A stretch of 56,088 nucleotides of DNA, the filler included, from Sphacelaria rigidula (taxonomy: Eukaryota): NCBI GenBank assembly GCA_964200075.2. It is 6 parts of 6 records of this genome, joined end to end, with 100 filler letters (N's around TTAATTAATTAA, not from the genome) between each part and the next. Parts side by side here need not be neighbours in the genome. Positions count along the whole stretch, not along the records: positions 9,366 to 18,630 come from CAXNAA020008886.1; positions 18,731 to 27,995 come from CAXNAA020008887.1; 4 more parts are not named here. One strand, written 5' to 3'. Positions 12,401 to 22,705 of this stretch are shown piece after piece. The position numbers and the translations under genes are program-made. How positions within the stretch are numbered: the stretch's first letter is position 1; each line of letters opens with the position of its first letter. A model generated the notes under the pieces. The model saw only the letters and a program-made list of their open reading frames with translations. It did not search any database and was not told where the DNA came from.

Positions 12401-14189
12401 AGGCTCACTTCAGCCATCGGCCCAGTACTTGAAGCATCATTATTTTTGCACCGTAGAATCTGTTTTGACGGTCTGTGCCATTTGTGTCATCACGTCGGGT
12501 TTTGCGTGTTTCTGCGGCTGTTTCTGGAGGTCCGTCTTCCCGCGTACATTTGTTCTCCACCTGTTGTTCACGCCTCTCCCTCCTTTCTCAAGGTAACAGC
12601 TTTCGTGTGCGTGCCCCCAAAGCAGCTCGAATCATCATATTATAATGTCGGTTGTTACTCGTGAATTGGCAAGGATCGCTTCGTTCTCGATATTTTACGA
12701 CATACCTCCTTCTTCAGCACACCCGTTTCGTCTCACTCTATGGGAGTCTCAACAACGGCGAAATACTGTTGAATTCGTTATTTTCTTGCAACGGATTACA
12801 TCTACCACGGCGTGTTTCTGCACTGGCAACTCTGCGCACTCATCTTCGAGACGCGTTTCATTGCCCTGAGCGTCACTCCAGCTGTACCCCAGTAATGGGA
12901 GGCACCGATAGGCTGCATTTTAACGATGTGTGATACTGACGGAGCTCCGCCTCTAAACAATTACAGCACGCTATGGTATTGTCATCCGAAGCGACGAAGA
13001 CGCGAGCAGGTCGTTCGTGCCTTTCATATGCACACAAAAACCTGCCCCCTCCAGAGCAGAGTGAGGTGCCGATAACACCAAGCCCTGTGCTTCTGAACTG
13101 CATCGCGCGGGAATTGGACGCACGGACTACAGCTATTCGGGTCCCTGGAGATCCACACCTCCGCACGTTCACCGCATGGCCCGTCGATTACCCCTGTCTC
13201 GTGTCACGCCAATGGCTTGTGCCGCAGGATGTCGGTTGGTGAGAGTATGTGCAAGAGTGCTTGTTGCTATATCGACGTGACGCATCAGAGTGTTTCCAAG
13301 CCCAACAATCCGCGAGCTGCCTTGCTTCCATTCGATCCTGTGAATGAGTTTCAGGTATCGATGGTTATACCCTCCAGGCAAGGGGGGCATGAACGGATTA
13401 ACACCGTTTTCTGAGAGGGGTGTATTTCTACGACCCTCCCTAGTTCGTAGGTGTGTCTTGTTCCAGCAGGTGGTGACAGGGGCGACTGATGTAGGCGCAG
13501 CTGGCGACCATCATGCCGCCTGGCTAGTGCCGTATGGCGTGTGCATTGGTATGCACAATCGCCCTGCCGAAGGCCACCGCCGCCACACCTACCGTACAGC
13601 ACCCTTTGCGTACTCACACAGGATAAGGTGGTGTCTCCCAACTGCGTATGGCAGTGACACTATCTACGATAGCCCCCCCAAGAAAAGTGCATGGTTTTGG
13701 GCGGCAATATCTTCACGTAAATTGAAATGGGAAACGCAGAGCACAACGAGAAGCTGGGGATTCCCACGCCTGGGTTCGTTCTAGCCAATGTCGCCATTAT
13801 GAGGCGCTTCATGCAGCCTGGACCCGAACATCAGGCGTTGTATGTCCACTTTTTTCGTGGCACTTTTATCTGGTTTGTGTGTGTGGGGGGCATCGTAGAA
13901 AGTGTTCAGTACGCTGGAAACGTGATGGATCGGCATGTGCTGCCCCCCTCCACATCACCATCCGCCGGGTGCAGGCTTTCGGCATCAATAGTTTATTTGC
14001 TGAGGAATATCACTCACATGAACTCATGGCCTGTTACACCCCCGATTCGAAGTGCACAAAACCGAATGATCGCATGCCCGTCGTGTGTCACGAAAATCGG
14101 ATGGGTAGAGAAACCATACTAGCGACTTCGACCCTGTAGATTTCTGTGCATCTTCGGGCTTCGACACCCCTCTCTTTGACACGGGATTT

Positions 14190-14534
14190 TACAATTTGAG
14201 GATGGATCTGTTTTGGGGGATAAGAAACCCGGAGAATTCAAATCTTCGTATGCACACCAGATCTTCGGAATATGGTTCCATTTTCTAGGTGAAAAACTAA
14301 TTTTGGGGAGTTTCGGGTGTCCGAACAGACGCCAAAATGGTTGCGGAGTTGGTTTTTCACCTACAACCCTAATTTTTTGGTGATCGAGATCCAAATCTGT
14401 ATGGCATGTGGCAGTTGTCAAAAGCTATCAGTAGGTGAAGAAAAGGAACCACATTTCGAATATTTGGTGTGGATACGAAGATTTTAATTCTCCGGGTTTC
14501 TCATCCCCCAAAAACGATCCATCCCCAATTTGTA
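14190..14534. mobile_element. Fold-back/MITE element, family shared with 39966-40466
   Basis: tacaatttgaggatggatc...gatccatccccaatttgta with ~90-bp imperfect inverted arms; internal sequence matches the scaffold-5 copy. Confidence 0.75.
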
Positions 14535-14901
14535 TGATGCCGTATTCTATTCTTGAGCCGTGCCGCCACGCTGCGAGAACACGTACAGAGACAGATAGTA
14601 CGCTTCTTGTCAACACCGCCCCATGTAATGGCACTGCTGCAGCAGTTCTCTCTTCGTCGCCTGCTAACTCCACGCCTGATGTGTCACTTCACTCTGGCCC
14701 ACGTGCCCATATACGACAGAGATATAATGACGACGGTTCACTTAACCTTCACATGGGCACGGCCTCACATTACTTTTCCTGGTTGATTGATGCAGGTTTT
14801 TGCTGGACTGGTCAACCGATCTGCGTTACGGAGTTTGTGGCAGTACGGATCGCAGCAGCAGAAGCACCAGCGAGACTACCGAGGCTTTGTATCTTCTCTA
14901 G

Positions 14902-17553
14902 TGCAGTCGTGGAGGGGACACCTGCTTGTGCACCCACACGAGTTGCACCACGAGAGCATTTTATGGCATAGCGTGTAGCAGGAAAGCGGAGTTCTGCGCC
15001 GCACACGCCCGAGCGAGCATGGTCGATGTCACGAACAAGCGGTGCAGCAAGGAGGGCTGCTCCACAACACCATCGTTCGGTGCAGCCGGTAGCAGGAAAG
15101 CGGAGGTCTGCGCCGCCCACGCTCGAGCAGGCATGGTCAACGTGAGGAGCAAACGGTGCAGGCAGGAGGGCTGCTCCACATACCCATCATTCGGTGCAGC
15201 CGGTAGCAGGAAGGCGGAGTTCTGCGCCGCACACGCCCCGGCTGGCATGGGCAACGTAACAAACAAGCACTGTGGCGAGGATGACTGCTCCACTACACCA
15301 TCGTTCGGTGTAGCCGGTAGCAGGAAAGCGGTGTTCTGCGCCGCACACGCCCGAGCGGGCATGGTCGATGTGAGGAGCAAGCAGTGCAGCGAGGAGGGCT
15401 GCTCAACATACCCATCGTTCGGTGCAGCCGTTAGCAGGAAGGCGGAGTTCTGCGCCGCACACGCCCGAGCGGGCATGGTCAATGTGACGAGTAAGCGGTG
15501 CGGCAAGGATGGCTGCTCCGCAAAAGCATCGTTGGGCGCAGCCGGTAGCAGGAATGCGGAGTTCTGCGCTGCACATGCCCGAGCGGGCATGGTTAATGTG
15601 ACGAGCAAGCGGTGCGGCAAGGAGGGCTGCTCCACAATCCCATCGTACGGTGCAGCCAGTAGCGGGAAGGCGGAGTTCTGCACCGCACACGCCCGCGTGG
15701 GCATGATCAACGTGAGGAGCGAGCGGTGCAGCAAGCAGGGCTGCTCCACAAGACCATCGTTCGGTGCAGCCGGTAGCAAGAAGGCGGGGTTCTGCGCCGC
15801 CCACGCTCGAGCGGGCATGGTCAATGTGAGGAGCGAGCGGTGCGGCAAGGAAGGCTGCTCCGTAAGGCCGTCGTTCGGCGCAGCCGGTAGCAGAAAGGCA
15901 GAGTTCTGTGCGACACACGCCCCAGCGGGCATGGTGAATGTGACGAGCAAGCGGTGCAGCGAGGAGGGCTGCTCCAAACACCCATCGTTCGGTGCAGCCA
16001 GTACCAGGAAGGCGGAATTCTGCGCTGTACACGCCCGAGCGGGCATGGTCAATGTGAGGAGCAAGCGGTGTAGTGAGGAGGGCTGCTCCACAATATCAAT
16101 GTTCGGCGCAGCCGGTAACAGGAAGGCGAATTTCTGCGCCGCACACGCCCGAGCGGGCATAGTCGATGTGGTAGGCAAGCGGTGCGGCAAGCAGGGCTGT
16201 TCTGCTACAGCATCGTTCGGCGCAGCCGGTAGCAAGAAGGCGGAGTTCTGCGCCGCCCACGCCCGAGCGGGCATGGTCAATGTGAGGAGCGAGCGGTGCG
16301 GCAAGGAGGGCTGCTCCGTAAAACCGTCGTTCGGCGCAGCCGGTAGCAGAAAGGCAGAGTTCTGTGCGACACACGCCCCAGCTGGCATAGTCGATGTGGT
16401 AAGCAAGGGGTGCGGCAAGCAGGGCTGCTCTGCTACAGCATCGTTCGGCGCAGCCGGTAGAAGGAATGCGGAGTTCTGCGCTAGACACGCTCGAGCAGGT
16501 GTGGTTCACGTGAGAAACGAGCAACGCGGCAAGGATGGCCACCTGAACCAATTGTTGGTCGGTGCCGGAGCTGGCAGCAAGGTTGAGTTTTGCGCCGCAC
16601 ACGCCCGAGCGGGCACGGTCGACGTGGCACGAAGACGGTGTGGGAAGGAGAGCTGCTCCGCAATACCGTCGTTCAGTGCAGCCGGTTGCAAGAAAGCGAG
16701 TTTCTGCCCCCCACACGCCCGTCCAGGCGTGGTCGATGTGGTACGACGGTGGTGCGGCAAAGAGAGCTACTTAACCCGACGTTCACCCGGTGTAGTCGGT
16801 GGCAGGCATGCGGAGTTCTGCGCCTCACACGCCAGCGCAGGGATAGCCTTCATCAACGGCGATGAATGCGCCTCGCTGCATCATTCTAACCTGGTTCGGG
16901 AGGACGCAAATATCTACCATCATGCTTCATGTGGCTTGGTCATAGGATCTGATCCCAGAGGACATTTCCGGGAAAAAAACCCAGCGAGTGACGGCTTGGT
17001 CGCGGGAGAGACTGGCGTCGGTATCGATGATGGAGGTAAAAACTCTAGCTATCCACCGAATGGCGGCCCCAATACAAATCATCGTGGTCGTGACGCTGAG
17101 TCTCGTCCCAGCTCGGGTGTCATCCGTATTAGGCGACGGGATCCAAATTCCACGACCACGTCGCCTTCCCCCTCGAAACAGCTCCCCGGCGCGGTGGCAG
17201 CAGATGAGGTTACTTTAGGTGGGTCAGAGATGCGCATGAAAATCAAAATGGAAACGACAGTCGCGCCTGCGCGAGTTTTCGAGGGGATACAAACTAGCAA
17301 ACTAGTTACTACGCGATCCAGCAGCTGCGGCATCATAAGCGGCTCCAGCAGGACTGCCAGAAGCAGTAGCATCACCGATGGAAGGAACACGAAGCGGCTT
17401 CGCCGGACGACCCAGGTGCTGCCGGTACTTGATGTGGCAGCCGGGGATGATGTGTTGTCTGAAGACAAGAAAACCGACGTGAAGTTAGAACTGAACGTGC
17501 CCGCCCAGTCTCGTCACGTGTCCGCGGCCTCATCCTGCCTGCGAAAGAGTTAG
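14902..17553 (+). CDS. EsV-1-7 cysteine-rich repeat protein (17 x 38-aa C-x4-C-x16-C-x2-H repeats plus ~230-aa disordered tail)
   Basis: 875-aa uninterrupted ORF with consensus KRCxxEGCSxxPSFGAAGSRKAEFCAAHARAGMVNVxx, recognised as the EsV-1-7 motif (Ectocarpus virus EsV-1 ORF7; brown algal IMMEDIATE UPRIGHT family). The 5' end is uncertain: in-frame TAG at 14899-14901 doubles as a pyrimidine-rich acceptor (ctttgtatcttctctag), and the first in-frame ATG is at 15019. Confidence 0.9.
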   Translation, partial: CSRGGDTCLCTHTSCTTRAFYGIACSRKAEFCAAHARASMVDVTNKRCSKEGCSTTPSFGAAGSRKAEVCAAHARAGMVNVRSKRCRQEGCSTYPSFGAAGSRKAEFCAAHAPAGMGNVTNKHCGEDDCSTTPSFGVAGSRKAVFCAAHARAGMVDVRSKQCSEEGCSTYPSFGAAVSRKAEFCAAHARAGMVNVTSKRCGKDGCSAKASLGAAGSRNAEFCAAHARAGMVNVTSKRCGKEGCSTIPSYGAASSGKAEFCTAHARVGMINVRSERCSKQGCSTRPSFGAAGSKKAGFCAAHARAGMVNVRSERCGKEGCSVRPSFGAAGSRKAEFCATHAPAGMVNVTSKRCSEEGCSKHPSFGAASTRKAEFCAVHARAGMVNVRSKRCSEEGCSTISMFGAAGNRKANFCAAHARAGIVDVVGKRCGKQGCSATASFGAAGSKKAEFCAAHARAGMVNVRSERCGKEGCSVKPSFGAAGSRKAEFCATHAPAGIVDVVSKGCGKQGCSATASFGAAGRRNAEFCARHARAGVVHVRNEQRGKDGHLNQLLVGAGAGSKVEFCAAHARAGTVDVARRRCGKESCSAIPSFSAAGCKKASFCPPHARPGVVDVVRRWCGKESYLTRRSPGVVGGRHAEFCASHASAGIAFINGDECASLHHSNLVREDANIYHHASCGLVIGSDPRGHFREKNPASDGLVAGETGVGIDDGGKNSSYPPNGGPNTNHRGRDAESRPSSGVIRIRRRDPNSTTTSPSPSKQLPGAVAADEVTLGGSEMRMKIKMETTVAPARVFEGIQTSKLVTTRSSSCGIISGSSRTARSSSITDGRNTKRLRRTTQVLPVLDVAAGDDVLSEDKKTDVKLELNVPAQSRHVSAASSCLRKS
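14923..16860 (+). repeat. 114-bp coding tandem repeat array, 17 units
   Basis: Exact 114-nt register with no indels (unit 2 at 15037, unit 17 at 16747); units 15 and 17 have lost Cys ligands. Confidence 0.95.
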
Positions 17554-18063
17554 ATTGAGTGGAGGACCCGTGCAAGCCTTTTCCTCGGCTGATGTTCGAC
17601 AAAGCTTCGTTTCACCATGTGTGGTCGAACCTTGCGAAAAAGCTTCGTTTCACGTCGTGATTTCGCTCGAATCTTGCTATGCATATTAGTTTCTTTGTTT
17701 TCAAGTCAAATAGTGCAGCTATGTTCAGTCAGTGGCTGGGGAGGCGGATGCCACTGAGCCGTTCTTTTCGATGTGTGGTGGCGGATTGTCTCCAGCAATG
17801 GTTCCCGAAGCATGAAGAATCTTCAATCTGCATCTTCTCCTGGTTATCTTACTACTTTCGGCTCGTCACCGCGCAGGAAGGTGCATTTGTAGCCATGTAC
17901 CGCACCGCCACGTTCCGGTGATGCAACTGGTTCATGCAGAATCGATGACGGCGAATAGTTTCGGCTTGAAATCCTGGTGGATACGTTTTCTTATATGTAT
18001 GTTAATGCCGTCTTCGAAAACGTGAGGGCATGAGTATCGTGAGCTATTTGACGACAGCCGACA

Positions 18064-18180
18064 GGGTGCGGGAGTACTGATCTCATCGGCGATACCGAAG
18101 TATTAGGCATGCACCACGGGAAAGATGGGTTGATCCCTCGAGACTACGAAGCCGTCCCAAGGTACGGGATGGGTTGATAG
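18064..18180 (+). repeat. Dispersed repeat, also at 29951-30080 (+) and 31290-31410 (-)
   Basis: Shared ggtgcgggagt...gggaa(g)agatgg(g/a)ttgat(c/t)cctc(g/a)agac motifs. Confidence 0.6.
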
Positions 18181-18517
18181 TGGAATGAAAAAATGCCCAG
18201 CCAGTGCGCTGCTCGTGTACCCATTGTTTTCCTCTCGATACACGGGATGGGATATTCGTACCTAGCGGCAAGAATGCACAGCTGTAAGGTACATCCCCAT
18301 AAGGTAGCACGAAGCTTCGAACTGCTTGGGAATTTCGACACGAGATGGTCACGTACAGCGTAGTAGCACGACGCACATGCATCATGTTGAACGATAACGC
18401 GCAGCATATTTATGGTTGAGGATGTGCGACACCCGTGCCCGCCTGTAAGCCTTGCACCTGCGGGATTATCAAGGTTGTGAGTGTCATTCGACCATTGGGT
18501 TTGGAATGACTTGCGAG

Positions 18518-18630
18518 GCATCCTACGATAGGGGGGGGTATTTGGTTGCACGAAGTAGTATTTGGTTGCACGAAGTAGTATTTGGTTGCACGAAAAACGA
18601 GGCTCGTAAGTGTGTCAGACATCCTTCCAC
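18518..18630 (+). mobile_element. Transposon-like terminal sequence with an internal 3 x 20-bp tandem (gtatttggttgcacgaagta) at the scaffold end
   Basis: Inverted copy of 9366-9434. Confidence 0.65.
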
Positions 18631-18730
18631 NNNNNNNNNNNNNNNNNNNNNNNNNNNNNNNNNNNNNNNNNNNNTTAATTAATTAANNNNNNNNNNNNNN
18701 NNNNNNNNNNNNNNNNNNNNNNNNNNNNNN
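18631..18730. other. Artificial scaffold linker
   Basis: N44-TTAATTAATTAA-N44. Confidence 0.98.
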
Positions 18731-19266
18731 CTTTGTAGGGATGCGAGGTCAATGGTCTTATGACTACGGCATGCACAACCATGAGTAGACCCTCCCCCCC
18801 GCCTCTTGCATGGTCCCAAGGGATCAATGGGAACAACCAGTAGAGGAGAATATTTTCCACAGTGGGTTCAGTCATGAGCGTTCCGCCCGTCCTCGATACC
18901 CCTATCTCTCTATTTCCATCACAAATATAGTCGTGAGACATAAGCCTGTGACCCAATCTGAGTTGCACACGTATTCTCATTTCCCCCTTATCTTACCGCA
19001 TTTTGGAGGTTGTGCATGAGGGGTGCCACATCTTGAGCACGGTCATGTTTCACAAGGGCGGCGACGAGGAAAGACACCGTCTTGGCGCTCGGCCGAGGTA
19101 GGGTGGGTGCTGCACCCATTTCCTGCGTTTTGGAAAGAAATCACACACACATATATACGCAATTCCACAACGCGAGTCACATCTTCACTCGCAGGACATC
19201 TCTTCTTTCCTAAAAAAAGGAAAAGCATGGGTTGTTAACATTTATCTATGAAGTGTCAGCAAATAA

Positions 19267-19267
<1 letters not shown>

Positions 19268-19358
<91 letters not shown>

Positions 19359-19388
19359 GCAACAGCAACAGCAACAGCGACAGCAACA
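19268..19388 (+). repeat. (AAC)n microsatellite grading into (AACAGC)n
   Basis: Directly visible. Confidence 0.95.
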
Positions 19389-19838
19389 TCAAAAATAACT
19401 GAAGTAGGAGGGACCCCCCCCCCTTTCCCGTCCCCGCCCCCGCCCTCAACGGTCTTGTCAATGCCCTTCCCCCTTCCCCCCCTTGAAAAGAAGCGTTATT
19501 GGTTTGGTACAGATGGAAAGTTGTTGAAAAAATTATCAGTAAGCATAAAGTAAATATACACAACAAAATAACGATAAGCAGCGGAAGAAGAAAGTACATA
19601 TGATCAAAGATCACATATCACAACATACCACAACAGATCACGACAGATGACACATCACCACAGACCATACATCACCACATACACCAGTACTGCAGGCTGG
19701 ACGGCCCACATGTGAGGCATAGCTGTGTGGCGGTCAGTCGAAGGGACCTATTGGAATTGGAAAACTATCCTTCTGCAACATGAGCTCCTCCACCATCCGG
19801 TACATTTTTTAGGTTTTGACGAAGAAGAAGCACCTTAC

Positions 19839-19921
19839 GTTTCAACCATGGACATTTTTCGACGGGCTGGGGTGTCATTGGCCCTCCCTCCCCGTAATTT
19901 CGAGTATTCATGGATAATGGT
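19839..19921 (-). CDS. PPR-like gene, exon D (TIIHEYSKLRGGRANDTPARRKMSMVET)
   Basis: Acceptor cccctattag|, donor AAC|gtaagg; phase-0 start continues exon C in an open frame. Confidence 0.6.
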
Positions 19922-20780
19922 CTAATAGGGGCGGAGAGGGGTGTGTGTACAAAAACAAGAGGCGTGAGAGGATTAATTGAACGTTTGATCCATTGGTTGA
20001 TCGTGAGCAAAAAAAGTAAAGAAGCGCAAAAAACATCCCAAAACACAAAACACAAAGCTTAGAAACACAAAAATACGCAAATACACAAATACACAAATAC
20101 ACAAATACACAAGCACACAATTGTAAACCAAAAAGTAAGAACATAAGAGAACCAAATCACTTGAGCTGGCGAAGAGAGACATCGGCGGGGCGAAGGGCTG
20201 TCCTTCACGAAACGGTCCGCCCCCCGCCCCCCGCATTTTATACACAAAATAGAATGTTTATCATCATGGATTGATAAAATTCCCTTCGTTGACAGCGAGT
20301 CTCTTATCAGCTGCTATCGCTGCCCAGGCGCCATGTTGACTACAAAGGACGGCGTGAAAAACACAGCCCATGTACGTGCCGTGATGGTCCTCACGCCTCC
20401 TGCGCACATGATGCTCCACCACGCACAATCATACATATAATGACGCACGCATCTCTTTTGCTCGCAAACGATTGCTCGTGCAATTGTGTGCCCTTTCATA
20501 CCACCACCACCATACCGCAATACACCACACAAATTGTCGCATATCTACTGTGCGAGTTCCGAGGACAATGCCTAGAACCCCCCCGCCCCCCTTCCCCGGT
20601 GCTCCGTCTCGAAAAGGATGCGGAGCCAACGGTCAAACTACTGAGGTACGCAACAAATGAGTACGCCCTCCTCCCCCACGCGAACGAATAAAAAAAAGTA
20701 TATTTCGGGAAAATGGGAGAAAACTCACTGCAGGAAAAGGCTTCCAAAATGACAGCCGCTTGAGGGAGTCTGTAACGTAC

Positions 20781-20894
20781 GTGAAGAATGGAGAGGCCCA
20801 TCTCGGTGTCTCCTTCGTCCTCACACGCCAAAAGCATTTCGTTGTACATGTCCTCCCGTGGCCGAAGTGTTCTGTCATTGCTGGCCCACATGTC
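20781..20894 (-). CDS. PPR-like gene, exon C (DMWASNDRTLRPREDMYNEMLLACEDEGDTEMGLSILH)
   Basis: Acceptor tatgttttag|, donor CAC|gtacgt; 114 nt, phase 0-0; fits the PPR pattern P-x3-YN-x-LL-AC-x3-G-x2-E. Confidence 0.75.
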
Positions 20895-22185
20895 CTAAAA
20901 CATACCAGAGCGCACGTGTGCAGGCCGGGAATACAAAGTATACGTTGTACACAAGAATGGGACTAGGAAAAGAAGAGGAAGAAAAAAAAACAGAGCGCAC
21001 GAACGGTGATGCATGCGACAGAGAACAAAAAAAAACATCATCGACAATATGTAACCAACAGCAACGGAGCAAAATGAACAGGAGAGAGCACGAAGAAGGA
21101 AAGCAGCAGCTGTAACAGCGGCAGCGGCCGCGTCAGCAAAAAATAACTACAACAACAACGAACACAACAACAATAATAGCAATAACAACATCAACAATAT
21201 TGGATCATGACAACACCAGAGCGAGAAAAAGAAGCACACATGGGGAAAAATACAGCAAAGCAAATCCACAACAGAAAAAAACAAGGAATCAAAACACAGC
21301 ATACTAAGAATACGAGAGAAAAAAACCATGAACATTGCCACACAGGCACAAGCAAGTGTGATGGATGATGATGTGCTTGTACTCAGCTTTCTTGTCACTA
21401 TTTTTCCTCGTCATTACAATATATACAGGTTACACTTTGGCTCATTTTCCAGCCCTGCAGACAGGTGCACTTTTGGTGTACTTTTTCATTAGAATTTAGA
21501 GTATATATATATATATATATATTTATTTATTTTTCTGGGCCATTTCGTTCTCCGAAGCTCTGAGAAGCCAGAATTTATTTTGTACTTGAATTCAGAGTAC
21601 ATGTTTCTCGGTCGTATTTCGCTGGGCATTCGGGTGCGTTCCGATACTGCTTTCCGCGTTTGGAGCGTTTGGAGTGCATACACTCTACACGCTTTCCACG
21701 CTGTGTGGCGTGGGGGTGGGGGTTCCGTTTGCTACTGTGCGATGGGTTCCGTTTGACCACCCGAGATGCTACCTTTCGAGCGACCGCGCTGCAGCTCAAG
21801 TCAACCAGACACTGTCCGAATCCCGAACACACACACACACACACTACGTCGGAGTGCAACAGTACAGGCAATAAATAACAGTGCAGCTGAGGTCAAACAG
21901 ACTGCCACACGAGCACCGAAAAAAAGGAGTACAGACGAACCCCAACCGCAAACGTCGCGTAGGAGTGCAAGAGTAGCAGCGAAAAAAACAGTATAGCCGA
22001 ACCCCATAGACAAGCAAGCGATGCTACGATAGGGGTTGCAATTTTTGTTTCTGGTCTCGATTTTGCAGGAGCATAAATATATGGGGCTTACTGCACAACC
22101 CAAATCTCCGGGGACCGGACATGGAGATGCACGCAGGGGCCTTTTCGTGAATCGGCATCATGTTCAGTTTTTTTCACACCTTGGA

Positions 22186-22333
22186 CAAAATAGTGTTAAT
22201 AGTTCCAATAGACAAGAAAAGCACTGCATAAAGTATGGCCCTACTGCGACTATTGTCGGCCGGCAATAGCCGCAATAGGCCCATGCTTTATGCAGCACAC
22301 TTCCCGTCTATTGCATCTATTGACCATATATTG
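22186..22333. mobile_element. Short palindromic MITE, family shared with 42888-43110
   Basis: ctgcataaagtatgg...ctattgtcggccggcaatag...ccatgctttatgcag self-complementary arms. Confidence 0.7.
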
Positions 22334-22540
22334 TGCGGGCTGTGGTCTTTTTCAAGTAAAAATGATGCCGATTCTCAAACTGACCAGTCCACCACCCCGA
22401 GAAACATTTTCCCTCAAAAAGGGCACAACCCCTACCGTAAGCGTCACTCTCCTATCACTCCGTCAAACGAAATCCATACAAAAGGCAACGCGCAAATTTG
22501 TTGCTGACCTATGCCGACAACAAAATCTATGTCTTAGCGT

Positions 22541-22705
22541 GTGACTTTTGGAGACAACACCGTTTCCAGCCCTGAAGAGCACAAGCTGAAGTACCCTGTT
22601 ATGTCCGATCCAAACAATAAAATTTGCAATCATTGCGGTGCAATGCTTTGGGCAGAAGAAACGATTAGCTGTTGCAGTAAAGCAGAATATGTCTTTCCCA
22701 ATTGA
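22541..22705 (+). mobile_element. Helitron Rep/helicase N-terminal zinc-finger remnant
   Basis: Translates ...MSDPNNKICNHCGAMLWAEETISCCSKAEYVFP*, matching the Helitron CxxCxAxxWxxE...CC motif; truncated by a stop. Confidence 0.6.

Noticed and set aside
14961-16418. 485-aa antisense ORF (and shorter ones) over the EsV-1-7 array
   Set aside because: A stop-free reverse frame in one 114-bp unit is propagated by repetition; there is no independent evidence of coding.
14902-17553. Endogenous phaeovirus insertion as the source of the EsV-1-7 gene
   Set aside because: No other viral genes or gene-dense tract in the scaffold; the surroundings are host-type repeats and the family is known in host genomes.
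19246-19614. Poly-Leu and poly-Thr ORFs
   Set aside because: Translations of the (AAC)n microsatellite.
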